Assembly (NCBI GenBank): GCA_963827165.1 | Contig: CAWGZR010000010.1 | Coordinates: 160,001-224,000 of the forward strand | Direction of reading: 5' to 3' | Length of the DNA stretch: 64,000 bases | Source of the DNA: Candidatus Bathyarchaeota archaeon | Lineage (GTDB): Archaea; Thermoproteota; Bathyarchaeia; Bathyarchaeales; Bathycorpusculaceae | Shown here: positions 9,899 to 19,424 of the stretch, one piece after another | How positions within the stretch are numbered: position 1 is the first letter of the stretch | Layout of the letters: each line of letters begins with the position of its first letter | The notes under the pieces: generated by a model | Databases searched by the model: none | Told to the model about the DNA's origin: nothing | What the model saw: the letters and a program-made list of their open reading frames with translations, nothing else | Position numbers and translations under genes: made by a program

Positions 9899-12706
9899 AT
9901 GGAATCTTATATTGATGCTTCTCTTCGAAAATTCGGCATTGACCTTGTTGGTTCGGTTCCATGGGGAACGCATCTTTGCCAATTTTATGAGTCAAAACAA
10001 GATTTAATCGAAATTCTGGTGCCTTACTTCAAGGAAGGCTTACACAATAATGAGTTTTGCATGTGGGTTACATCCCCGCCTCTGGAAGTTGCAGAGGCTA
10101 AAGAGGCATTAAGAAAAGCAGTTCCCGACTTACAGAGGTACTTGCAGAATGGTCAAATTGAGATAGTTTCTTACACTGACTGGTACCTATTAGGAGGCAA
10201 GTTTGATTCAGATCGGGTGCTTCAAAGCTGGGTGAAAAAAGAGACCCAAGCCTTAAGTCATGGTTTTGATGGGCTTCGGCTGACTGGAAACACTTTTTGG
10301 GTTGAACGCAGCCTTTGGAAAAGCTTTGTGGATTACGAAGAAGCAGTTAATGCAGTTATAGGTCAACATAGGATGCTGGCGTTATGCACTTATTGCCTCA
10401 AAAACGCAAGTGGAACAGACGTTGTTGACGTTGTCAGAAATCATGTTGGTACCTTGCTTAAGCAAGGCAAAGAATGGGTTTTGGTTGAGAATGCAGTAGA
10501 ACGCAAGAAAGAGCAAGATGCCTTAAAAGAACGAGAACAAAGCTGGCAAACCACTTTAGGCAGCATCGGCGACGCCGTTATAGCGACTGACACGGCTGGC
10601 AAAATAACCTTCATGAACAATGTAGCGGAAACGTTAACAGGATGGGCTCTGAATGAGGCATCAAGGAAACCTTTGGAAAAAGTCTTCCATATAGTTAACG
10701 AACAAACTCGTAAAGAAGTTGTGAACCCAGTCACGCGCGTGCTCAAAGAAGGCGCGACGGTGGGGTTAGCCAACCATACAATACTGATAACAAAAGACGG
10801 AAACGAGATTCCTATTGACGACAGCGGAGCACCCATAAAACATAAAGATGGAAAAACTTCAGGCGTAGTGCTAGTATTCCGTGACATAACAGAACGCAAA
10901 AAGGCAGAAAAGGATCTGTTTAATCTCGCAAAGTTTCCATCAGAGAATCCTTTTGCCGTGCTTCGAATCGACAAGGACGGAACCGTTATGTATGCTAATG
11001 CAGAAAGTCAGCGACTGCCGAAATCAATTAGCGCAGAAATCGGTCACGTCGTCAGTCCGCATTGGCTTAAGCATGTATCAGAATCCTTTACGTCTAACCG
11101 CAGGTTGGATTTTGAGGAAAACGATGAAGGACGCTGGTTTGAGTTTAAATTAGCACCAGTTCTTTCAGAAGGGTATGTCAATATTTATGGGTCGGAAATC
11201 ACTGAACGTAAGAAAGCTGAAGAGGCACTTAGAGAAAGTGAAATCAAGTTTAGAACGGTAGCCAATTTCCTTTATGATTGGGAGTATTGGTTGGCTCCAG
11301 ATGGGAGCTTAGTTTATGTTTCACGGTCTTGCGAAAGAATAACAGGCTACAAGGCTGAGAAATTTATCGAAAACCCAACGCTGGTCACCAGCATCATCCA
11401 CCCAGAAGATAAACACCTTTTTGATTCTCATTTCAAGCTTACGAGTATCGATAAGACACACGAAATTGACTTTCGCATAATTACACGGAAAGGAGAAACA
11501 AAATGGCTAGCGCACACCTGTCAACCTGCTTTTGATGATCAAGGAAAGTGGCTGGGTCGTCGTGTCAGCAACCGAGACATCACAGACCGCAAAAAAGCTG
11601 AAGAAAAAGCCAGAAAAAGCGAGGCTGAAAATATCGCTTCAAAATATGCCAGAAGTCTTCTTGAAGCCAGCTTAGACCCACTGGTAACCATTGATGATGA
11701 AGGAAAAATCACAGATGTAAACCAAGCTACTGAAATAGTGACTGGTATTTCCAGGGAGCAACTCATCGGGACTGAATTCTCAGATTACTTCACCGAACCA
11801 GAAAGAGCCAAAGCAGGATACGAAAAAGTGTTCAAAGACGGCTTCGTGAAAGATTACCCGTTAGCGATAACGAACAAATCTGGAAAAATAACCGACGTCA
11901 TATACAACGCATCAATATTTAGAAATACCCAAGGACAAATCCAAGGCGTCTTCGCGGCAGCAAGAGACATCACACAGCGAAAAGCTATGGAGAACGAGCT
12001 TAGGGAAACACTGGAGAAACTAAGGCAATCTAACGCTGAGTTGGAGCAATTTGCCTATGTTGCGTCCCATGACCTGCAGGAACCGTTGCGAATGGTTGCA
12101 AGCTATGTACAGTTACTTCAACGCAGATATCAAGGAAAACTTGACCAAGAAGCTGATGAATTCATCGGCTTCGCGGTGGACGGCGCCAATCGAATGCGGG
12201 GATTAATTGACGATCTTCTAACCTATTCACGGGTTGGAAGGCTTGGCAAACCGTTTGAGCGGACAAACTTGGAATCAACGTTGGACATTGTACTTAAAAA
12301 TTTGCAGGCATCAATCACGGAAAACAACGCGACCGTAACCCACGACAAACTCCCAGTTATCAGTGCTGACGGAGGGCAGCTTGTACAGTTATTCCAGAAT
12401 TTAATCGCTAACGCCATCAAATTCCACGGCAAAGATCCGCCCAGCGTGCATGTGTCAGCTAAAGATAATGGGGCGGAGATCCAGTTTGCTATATGCGACA
12501 ATGGCATCGGCATAGATCCACAGTACTTCGACCGCCTCTTTAAGATTTTCCAGCGCTTGCACACGAGAGAAGAATATTCAGGGTCGGGAATCGGCTTGGC
12601 AGTGTGCAAAAAAATCGTGGAGCGGCATGGGGGACGCATTTGGATTGAGTCTGAGCTGGGGAAAGGTTCAACTATTTATTTCACACTCAGTAAAAGGAAG
12701 CAGTGA
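9899..12706 (+). CDS. MEDS-PAS(x4)-HisKA-HATPase sensor histidine kinase
   Basis: VPWGTHLCQFY (MEDS), repeated DITERKKAE PAC ends, FAYVASHDLQEPLR H-box, NAIKF, DNGIGI, GIGLAVC. Confidence 0.93.
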   Translation: MESYIDASLRKFGIDLVGSVPWGTHLCQFYESKQDLIEILVPYFKEGLHNNEFCMWVTSPPLEVAEAKEALRKAVPDLQRYLQNGQIEIVSYTDWYLLGGKFDSDRVLQSWVKKETQALSHGFDGLRLTGNTFWVERSLWKSFVDYEEAVNAVIGQHRMLALCTYCLKNASGTDVVDVVRNHVGTLLKQGKEWVLVENAVERKKEQDALKEREQSWQTTLGSIGDAVIATDTAGKITFMNNVAETLTGWALNEASRKPLEKVFHIVNEQTRKEVVNPVTRVLKEGATVGLANHTILITKDGNEIPIDDSGAPIKHKDGKTSGVVLVFRDITERKKAEKDLFNLAKFPSENPFAVLRIDKDGTVMYANAESQRLPKSISAEIGHVVSPHWLKHVSESFTSNRRLDFEENDEGRWFEFKLAPVLSEGYVNIYGSEITERKKAEEALRESEIKFRTVANFLYDWEYWLAPDGSLVYVSRSCERITGYKAEKFIENPTLVTSIIHPEDKHLFDSHFKLTSIDKTHEIDFRIITRKGETKWLAHTCQPAFDDQGKWLGRRVSNRDITDRKKAEEKARKSEAENIASKYARSLLEASLDPLVTIDDEGKITDVNQATEIVTGISREQLIGTEFSDYFTEPERAKAGYEKVFKDGFVKDYPLAITNKSGKITDVIYNASIFRNTQGQIQGVFAAARDITQRKAMENELRETLEKLRQSNAELEQFAYVASHDLQEPLRMVASYVQLLQRRYQGKLDQEADEFIGFAVDGANRMRGLIDDLLTYSRVGRLGKPFERTNLESTLDIVLKNLQASITENNATVTHDKLPVISADGGQLVQLFQNLIANAIKFHGKDPPSVHVSAKDNGAEIQFAICDNGIGIDPQYFDRLFKIFQRLHTREEYSGSGIGLAVCKKIVERHGGRIWIESELGKGSTIYFTLSKRKQ

Positions 12707-12710
12707 TATT

Positions 12711-13151
12711 ATGAATGAAGTTAGACCTGTGGACATATTGCTTGTTGAAGATAATCCTGGAGACGTGCGCCTAACAAAAGAGGCTCTAAAAGACGCAAAA
12801 GTGCTGAATGAAATCTTCATTGCGAGAGACGGGGTTGAAGCAATGGAGTTCCTGCATAGAAAAGGCCAGTTTTCAAATGTACCTCTGCCAGACTTAATAC
12901 TGCTTGACCTGAACTTGCCAAGAAAAGATGGCCGTCAAGTGCTAGCTGAAATCAAAGAAGACCCAATTCTGAAGCATATACCAGTTGTTGTTTTGACGAC
13001 CTCCAAAGCTGACGAAGACATAATTAAAACATATAACCTGCATGCCAATGCTTACATCACGAAGCCGGTTGACCTGAACCGATTCGCAGAAATCATACAT
13101 ATTTTAAACGAATTTTGGTTCACAATAGTTAAACTTCCGCCAAAGGAGTAA
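12711..13151 (+). CDS. Single-domain response regulator (Rcp1-like)
   Basis: ILLVEDNPGD, LLDLNLP, TTS, ANAYITKP; ATG at 12711. Confidence 0.93.
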   Translation: MNEVRPVDILLVEDNPGDVRLTKEALKDAKVLNEIFIARDGVEAMEFLHRKGQFSNVPLPDLILLDLNLPRKDGRQVLAEIKEDPILKHIPVVVLTTSKADEDIIKTYNLHANAYITKPVDLNRFAEIIHILNEFWFTIVKLPPKE

Positions 13152-13153
13152 GA

Positions 13154-14569
13154 ATCATCAAAATTCTCTTAATTGAAGATAATCCTGGCGATGCTCGCCT
13201 AATTTTGGAAATGCTTAAAGAAGAAAAATTCTCAGTGGAAAACGTAGAGCACGTCGACAGGCTTACAAAGGGACGAAACCGCTTATCCGAAGGCGCCGTT
13301 GATGCCATATTGCTCGATCTTGGTTTACCTGACAGCCAAGGACTCGAAACTTTTGAAAAAATACATGCTGCAGCCCCGCAAGTACCCATCGTTATTTTGA
13401 CTGGGTTCAAAGATGACGCGCAAGGTGTCGAAGCCGTCCGCAGAGGGGCACAGGATTACTTAAACAAAGGAAAAATAGAAGGACCTCTCTTAGCCCGCGC
13501 CGTAACCTACGCGGTTGAACGAAAAAAACTAGATGAAGCGGTCCAGAGGCAAGCTGCGCTCATCGACCTCAGCCCAGACGCAATTATAACAAAAAAACTT
13601 GATGACACCATAACCTTCTGGAGTTTAGGCGCAGAAAAAGTGTACGGTTACACAAAAGAAGAAGCCATTGGGAAAAAATCTCGGACGCTTTTTAAAACAA
13701 AATTTGCTTCTCCATTTGAAAACATAGAAGAACAGCTCAAAAAAGAGGGGAAATGGTCCGGTGAGCTCTACCATGAAACCAAATCTGGGCGTGAACTGTC
13801 AATTCAAAGTTATTGGCTTGCCAAGTTTGACGAGAACTGTAGAATGGTTGAAATTTTCGAGTCCGACGTGGACATAACTGAACGCAAAAATGCTGAGCGT
13901 CTAGCTGCAATTGGAGCTACCGCAGGCATGGTTGGACATGACATTCGTAATCCGCTGCAAACAATTGCGGGCGAAGTTTATTTGGCAAAGGGCGTATTGG
14001 ATGATTTACCGGATGGGGAACCTCGTAGAAGTTTGAGTGAGAGTCTTGATACTATCGAGCGTCAAATAGATTATGTTAACAAAATAGTCCAAGACCTTCA
14101 GGATTTTGCAAAGCCAATCAAGCCGTTACTAAAAGAAATCGACTTAGACAATGTATGCAGGGAGTTGTTATCGAAAACTCATGTCCCAGAAAATATTGTT
14201 GTCTCCTGCAAAATACAACCTGACGTCAAAGCGCTGTTTTCTGATCCTGATATTTTAAAGAGGGTAATGATTAATTTAGTAACTAATGCGGTTCAGGCTA
14301 TGCCTAAAGGCGGAAAGCTTTGCATAAGTGCGTTCCCTGACGCAGGGGACACAGTGCTGACCGTTGATGATACAGGATGCGGGATTCCGAAGGATGCATC
14401 CACTAAACTTTTCACGCCTTTGTTTACTACTAAATCTAAAGGCCAAGGTTTTGGGTTAGCCGTGGTCAAACGCATGACCGACGCGTTAGGCGGCACCGTT
14501 ACATTTGAAAGCGAAGTGGGGAAAGGCACAAAATTCTTCATACGCATCCCCAAGACAAAAAATAATTGA
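13154..14569 (+). CDS. Hybrid REC-PAS-histidine kinase
   Basis: In-frame IIKILLIEDNPGDARLI upstream of the track start; LLDLGLPDS; PAS; GHDIRNPL; NAVQAM; GFGLAV. Start codon uncertain. Confidence 0.9.
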   Translation: MIKILLIEDNPGDARLILEMLKEEKFSVENVEHVDRLTKGRNRLSEGAVDAILLDLGLPDSQGLETFEKIHAAAPQVPIVILTGFKDDAQGVEAVRRGAQDYLNKGKIEGPLLARAVTYAVERKKLDEAVQRQAALIDLSPDAIITKKLDDTITFWSLGAEKVYGYTKEEAIGKKSRTLFKTKFASPFENIEEQLKKEGKWSGELYHETKSGRELSIQSYWLAKFDENCRMVEIFESDVDITERKNAERLAAIGATAGMVGHDIRNPLQTIAGEVYLAKGVLDDLPDGEPRRSLSESLDTIERQIDYVNKIVQDLQDFAKPIKPLLKEIDLDNVCRELLSKTHVPENIVVSCKIQPDVKALFSDPDILKRVMINLVTNAVQAMPKGGKLCISAFPDAGDTVLTVDDTGCGIPKDASTKLFTPLFTTKSKGQGFGLAVVKRMTDALGGTVTFESEVGKGTKFFIRIPKTKNN

Positions 14570-14866
14570 AAACTTATTTTTTTCAATTCAAATTATGGAA
14601 CCTTAACGAAACTATGCGAGATTGCGCAGCCAAAATTTTACCGCAAAGTATCCCGTGTGACGTGGGTATAACATTGTACTTTCTTTTCTTAACTACTTGC
14701 ATAGTTGTCACACTCTTCACTCATTCTATGGCGACTACTAAATAACTTTTGGGTAGGATAGCGTCTGTGGAAGACCTTTAGCGAGTTTTAAGTCCTATTG
14801 CGGTGTTTCAGAATTTGTATGTCACTTTAATGCGTCTATTATAGACTATGTTTTTGAGGTTAATTT

Positions 14867-15052
14867 ATGGAAAATGAAGAACCTGAAACTAAAGAAGAGT
14901 GCATGAAAGCATTTTACCGTATACTGCCAAAAGAAATGGTGGAGTATTGTAAAAAGGACTTGTATGTTTCAGACGGTGAAGAATGGGGTTACCAAGTGGG
15001 TTTCGTAGTTGGCGTTAAATATGTCATAGAAAAATTCCTAAACCCTACTTAG
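14867..15052 (+). CDS. Hypothetical protein (61 aa)
   Basis: GAGGT RBS plus ATG; no recognisable motif. Confidence 0.55.
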   Translation: MENEEPETKEECMKAFYRILPKEMVEYCKKDLYVSDGEEWGYQVGFVVGVKYVIEKFLNPT

Positions 15053-15237
15053 AAAGGGTGGATGACCATCTGAACGGTAAAGATTCAGTTCACTAAAATG
15101 AACAGCGACCGACTGAAGAATCTCCCTTCTTTTCACTTTTATCAACGTCTTCCCTGTTGTGAGTGAATTTTCTATCATAATTGAAACAGTGCAATCATTT
15201 TAAGCAAAAACAACAAATAGTCTCCGTAGGTGTGAAT

Positions 15238-15462
15238 ATGGGGAGCACGCACACAGACAAGAAGGGTTACAAAAGATACGGTGATAGTGGGTTGTTGGAG
15301 CATAGGGTTATAGCATCGAAAAAGATTGGTGGTCCAATAGGAAGAGGCAGAGTTGTTCACCACGTTAATGGAGACAGGAGCGACAACAGAGGGAGCAATT
15401 TGCGTGTTATGAGTGGAAGTAACCATTCTTCGCTTGAGGCTAAGAAGCGCAGAAGGTACTGA
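15238..15462 (+). CDS. Small HNH endonuclease (HNH_3-like)
   Basis: EHRVIA...VVHHVNGDRSDNRGSNLRVMS..NH. Confidence 0.8.
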   Translation: MGSTHTDKKGYKRYGDSGLLEHRVIASKKIGGPIGRGRVVHHVNGDRSDNRGSNLRVMSGSNHSSLEAKKRRRY

Positions 15463-15844
15463 AAGTAATCATTTCAATACCCTTTTGCAAAAGAAGCTTG
15501 TGAATTGCACATGTTCATTACAGTTCTATGGAAGTTGATTTATCTCAACTTTGAGATGCTTATGGTCGCACTCCTGTCGGTGTTGGAGCATGCTGCCTAA
15601 AATGCAACATCTACTTTGCTTCAGAAATATAGTTGAACAATCTATTGCAAAAGAAACTACCTTTGAAGTGTCCTATGTGCAATGTAAGTTTCCGTCAGAA
15701 CTACTCTTTTATTTTCAACCATCATGTTGTAGAAAAAGCGCCTATGTGATTAGTTGAAGCACTTTTCTCTACTAAACGCATTGTTTGTTCAGGCATAAGT
15801 CAAGAAAAGCATAGAGTAAGCGAACTGCTAATTCACCTTCTTGA

Positions 15845-16153
15845 TTAGAACTTGCAGAAAAGCTCCCACAGCAAATCAACAAGGAAGCATTTATCTTCTC
15901 CACATCTGCAAATACTGAAAACGCACCCAAATTCCACTCGCTTCTTAGGGAAAAACTCCAATCAAGAGGATATACGATTGTTGACGAATTTAATTGTGCT
16001 GGATTCAACTGGTGGGGTCCATTAAAACTGGTGGGTGGCACTAAGAAAGATAGACCAAACATTGAAGATCTCAAACATGCTGAAGAGTTCGCTTTGAAAA
16101 TAAAAGATAAACCACAAAAGACTAATGAAATGACTATTACTGTCCACAGTTAA
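15845..16153 (+). pseudogene. 5'-truncated flavodoxin-family gene (C-terminal half); not in the ORF track
   Basis: Start-less frame LELAEKLPQQINKEAFIFSTSA...FHSLLREKLQSRGYTIVDEFNCAGF..GPLKLVGG.KKDRPNIEDLKHAEEFA, preceded by in-frame TGA. Confidence 0.75.
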
Positions 16154-16325
16154 ATTTTGTTCCAAACCACTTGGTAAACCATTTAAAACTTCCACATTCA
16201 TCTCTCGAAGCGCATGTTAAGCAAGGAAATTCCTTACCAGCAACGTCTATTACACTTGATATTCTTTCGACAGTGGCTTTTTCATTTACGATTTCTTCGA
16301 CTTGTTTTTCTATTTCACCTGACAT
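16137..16325 (-). CDS. Small Cys-rich hypothetical protein
   Basis: CLTC..RDEC motif; GGTG RBS. Confidence 0.55.
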   Translation of the reverse strand: MSGEIEKQVEEIVNEKATVERISSVIDVAGKEFPCLTCASRDECGSFKWFTKWFGTKFNCGQ

Positions 16326-16404
16326 CTCAAATCACCTAAATATTGAACCTAAAATAGACAACAAAAAGAAAAAAGTGTTTGAGAGTTTTGTAAAACGTTT
16401 GCAT

Positions 16405-16806
16405 CTATGCTAGTTTTTTGCTACCTTGTCCGGGCGAAGCGGAGAAGACTTCAGTGACTTTTATTATTCCAACACTTTTTATTTTCATTTTCGAGGTTTC
16501 CATACTCTTCTTTGCGAAGTTATCGAAAATTGGTCCGTTTGTTTGGAAACCACTGAATGTTCCCTTTAGTTGGTAGCCTGTCATTGGTCCTTTGAACACT
16601 GCAATAGCAACTTGCTTGTTTTTTTCAAGGTTTTCTTTTGTTTTTATGATGAAAACTTCTGCGAACGCAATAGTTTCGGGGTCTACTGCTACAAAGCTCC
16701 ATAATGGAACTACGTTTGGAATGCCTTTAGCGTCTACTGTTGCAATCATTTTCGCTGAATCACTTGCACTTAAAACATCCATTACTTCTTTAGGTATACT
16801 TACCAA
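16405..16806 (-). CDS. Pyridoxamine 5'-phosphate oxidase-related FMN-binding protein
   Basis: IATVDAKGIPNV, KTKENLEKNKQVAI, GYQLKG, SASPG. Confidence 0.85.
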   Translation of the reverse strand: MVSIPKEVMDVLSASDSAKMIATVDAKGIPNVVPLWSFVAVDPETIAFAEVFIIKTKENLEKNKQVAIAVFKGPMTGYQLKGTFSGFQTNGPIFDNFAKKSMETSKMKIKSVGIIKVTEVFSASPGQGSKKLA

Positions 16807-16841
16807 AATTCACACTTCCTACTAATGGAAACATAACTGCA

Positions 16842-16874
16842 ATACTCTAATATACTTTTAGGGAATTAGAATAT
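16842..16874. promoter_or_regulatory. Inverted repeat in the divergent promoter, possible ArsR operator
   Basis: ATACTCTAAT-N13-ATTAGAATAT (9/10 complementary). Confidence 0.4.
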
Positions 16875-16903
16875 ACTCAGCAAATGCAAGGGAAGTACAG
16901 TAT

Positions 16904-17668
16904 TTGGCTAACACAGGCAAGGATTCATCATCCGATTACCTAATTGGTGCAATCGCTGAGTTGAAGATGGAGATTAAAGGCTTAAGAGCAGACATGAACA
17001 GGGTAGAAGAAACCGTTTTGAAGGAACGTCTTCGTGCAATTGAAGATACTCTTATACAAAATCACCTATTGGTCTATGCTGGTCAGAGGTCGCAATCTCT
17101 AAATCAAGACATTGCAACGTTGCTCAAAGAAGATTGCCAAAACAGAGACAAATGTCTTGAGCATTACAAAAACACAATAGAAGAAAACACGCAAGTTATC
17201 AAACAGTCTGGAACAAAAGAAGCTCTTGCAGACTTTGATGATAAAATAGCTGAAACCGAGTTAATGGTTGAAAAGACCAAAGGTCAGCAATGCGGAAACT
17301 GTTTCTCCAACTTTGATAAGAAGCTAAAGCGTGAAAAAAGAGCGTTCCAAGAAATACTCTTGGTCAAAGACGTTAACAACGATAAAATAGTTAACAATCG
17401 GTCTTTGGATATTCCATTTCTTTTGCAAAACTTGTTTGAACCTTTAGGAAATGATTCACGGCTCAAAATCTTAGCTATTGTATATGAGGGAAAAAAGAGT
17501 TTCTCAGAGTTGTCAAAAATAGTAGACCTCAAAGCTGGTCATCTCACATTTCACTTAAAAAAACTGGTTAATGCGAAGTTGATTGCTCAAGAAGCATCGA
17601 AAGGAGATTACATCATAACTCAAAAAGGCTTGGCTCTTGTTAAGGAGATGCTTAACCTTCAAAAATAA
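16904..17668 (+). CDS. ArsR-family wHTH regulator with Cys-containing N-terminal extension
   Basis: EPLGNDSRLKIL...SFSELSKIVDLKAGHLTFHLKKL...YIITQKG; CGNC. Confidence 0.8.
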   Translation: MANTGKDSSSDYLIGAIAELKMEIKGLRADMNRVEETVLKERLRAIEDTLIQNHLLVYAGQRSQSLNQDIATLLKEDCQNRDKCLEHYKNTIEENTQVIKQSGTKEALADFDDKIAETELMVEKTKGQQCGNCFSNFDKKLKREKRAFQEILLVKDVNNDKIVNNRSLDIPFLLQNLFEPLGNDSRLKILAIVYEGKKSFSELSKIVDLKAGHLTFHLKKLVNAKLIAQEASKGDYIITQKGLALVKEMLNLQK

Positions 17669-17692
17669 AGCTAACAGATTAAAGGTGATTAG

Positions 17693-18295
17693 ATGAAGAT
17701 AAAAATCAGGATGTATTCAGATTATATCTGTCCTTTCTGTTATCTCGGTGAAGCAATAATTGAAAAACTCAAAAACAGATACGCCATTGAAATGGAACAT
17801 ATCGGCATAGAAATCCACCCTGAGACACCAGAAGAAGGAGTAGACCTGAGAGGAAGAATCTACGGAATAGAAGAGATGTATGAGAATTTGAGGTGTAGAG
17901 GAAAAGAGTATGGTCTTAACTTCTGTGATGTTGGACTCCTCTCGAATTCAAGAGGAGCACTCATAGTCGGTGAATATGCTAGAACTGTCGGCAAGAATGC
18001 AGAATTCACCCATGAGGTATTCAAAGCCTACTTTGAAGGTTGCTTAGATATTGGGAAAGAAGCAGTTATTTTGGAAATTGCACAGAAAGTTGGTTTATTT
18101 AAGAAAGAAGTCGAAGACTGCTTGAAAAACCCGTTGTATCAAAATAGTTTTGCGGATAACTGTGCTGAAGCTAGAAAACACGATGTTAGCGGTGTACCAA
18201 CATTCATTGTAAATGGCAAATACAGAATCACGGGAGCACAGTCAGAGGAAACATTTGTGGAGTTCTTTGAAAAGATTAACAAGGAATGCTCCTGA
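17693..18295 (+). CDS. DsbA/FrnE-family thiol-disulfide oxidoreductase
   Basis: YSDYICPFCY and GVPTFIVNG...GAQ. Confidence 0.9.
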   Translation: MKIKIRMYSDYICPFCYLGEAIIEKLKNRYAIEMEHIGIEIHPETPEEGVDLRGRIYGIEEMYENLRCRGKEYGLNFCDVGLLSNSRGALIVGEYARTVGKNAEFTHEVFKAYFEGCLDIGKEAVILEIAQKVGLFKKEVEDCLKNPLYQNSFADNCAEARKHDVSGVPTFIVNGKYRITGAQSEETFVEFFEKINKECS

Positions 18296-18547
18296 AGTTA
18301 CAAAAAGACTTGGAAGAGTTCGCTTCAAAAAACTGAAGAAGTGAAATCAAGAGACATGAATGGAAAACTATTGTCTTCATAGTCTATGTACAGTTGCTTT
18401 ATCTCCACCTTTGACTTTTCTCTGTTTGCCGAGCAAATCCTTTTGGGTCACTAGCAGGTAAGAGCACCAACACTCCAGCAACTCCTATTTTTTCACCTGC
18501 CAGTGACCAATTCGAAACTCTCAAACATCAAATAGTATGTCCGCGTT

Positions 18548-18607
18548 GCCTCTCTTGTATGTGCTTTTAGTGGTCTTTTTGTTGAGCCTATTGAGGAATA
18601 CTTCCAT
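18548..18607 (-). pseudogene. Possible 5' stub of a tyrosine integrase
   Basis: MEVFLNRLNKKTTKSTYKRG resembles integrase N-termini (FL..L...T...Y); starts ~40 nt inside the island right arm and points inward. Confidence 0.4.
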
Positions 18608-18731
18608 GTTGGTAAGTGCTTTTTGTTCTGTACATTTAGGTTTCTAAGATATACCCATGTTGTGCGGAACACCGCAAAGTATATTGCTCATAGAGTTAGT
18701 TCTAACCCAGTTTTAGTTTGACCATGAGCCG

Positions 18732-19424
18732 ATGAGTATGGCTGTAGAAGCGGTAATATTCGATTTAGACGGGACAATTGCGCATTTCAACTTGGACTAC
18801 AAAGCCCTGCGCGCTGAAATCAGAGGCTTCCTTATGAGAGCAGGAGTTCCCGCTTCGGTTTTAAACATTAACGAAAGCATTTTTGAAATGCTGGGAAAAG
18901 CCGAGATTTTCTTCAAGAACGGTGACAAATCAAATTCGGCCAACGTGTTTGGAGCGGTTCGCGCAGAAGCTTTAGCTATCGCTGAAAAATACGAGATGGA
19001 AGCTGCTTCTACAACAAGTTTGCAGACAGGAGCCGTTGAGACGCTGAAAGAGCTCAAAGCGATGAATCTAAAGATGGGTTTATGCACCATTAACAATGAA
19101 AAAGCAGTAAAGTACATTCTTCAACGCTTCAAAATTGAAGAATTCTTCGCCGCAGTTGTTCCACGAGAAAAAGTTAAGTACGTCAAGCCACATACGGAAC
19201 AGTTTGAAATGACGCTTAAAGTGCTGGGAATCCAAGCTCAATCGACCGTCGTCGTCGGAGATAGCGTTGCTGACATGCAAAGCGCCAAAGAACTCAAAGC
19301 AATCGCGGTTGGAATCCCGACTGGAACAGCTACAATGGATCAACTTAAAAAGAATTCAGCGAATTACATCATAACTTCGCTAAGTGACCTACCGCATCTC
19401 ATCAAAGAAATAAATAAGCCTTAA
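18732..19424 (+). CDS. HAD-family hydrolase (phosphoglycolate phosphatase-like)
   Basis: FDLDGT, KP and VGDS..D motifs. Confidence 0.9.
   Translation: MSMAVEAVIFDLDGTIAHFNLDYKALRAEIRGFLMRAGVPASVLNINESIFEMLGKAEIFFKNGDKSNSANVFGAVRAEALAIAEKYEMEAASTTSLQTGAVETLKELKAMNLKMGLCTINNEKAVKYILQRFKIEEFFAAVVPREKVKYVKPHTEQFEMTLKVLGIQAQSTVVVGDSVADMQSAKELKAIAVGIPTGTATMDQLKKNSANYIITSLSDLPHLIKEINKP

Larger units (their letters stand above)
14640..18682. mobile_element. ~4-kb non-autonomous integrative island (redox cargo, integrase remnant)
   Basis: 12-bp direct repeat ACCGCAAAGTAT at 14640-14651 and 18671-18682; imperfect inverted 23-bp arms at the two ends; AT-richer interior. Confidence 0.7.

Noticed and set aside
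16082-18325. 13-bp repeat GAAGAGTTCGCTT at 16082-16094 and 18313-18325 as a nested element boundary
   Set aside because: Encodes EEFA of a flavodoxin C-terminus; more likely a second gene remnant or chance
14640-18682. Casposon or DDE composite transposon interpretation of the 4-kb island
   Set aside because: No Cas1, PolB or DDE gene; the palindromic junction with a 6-bp spacer fits a tyrosine recombinase better, although a 10-bp TSD plus TIR model cannot be fully excluded
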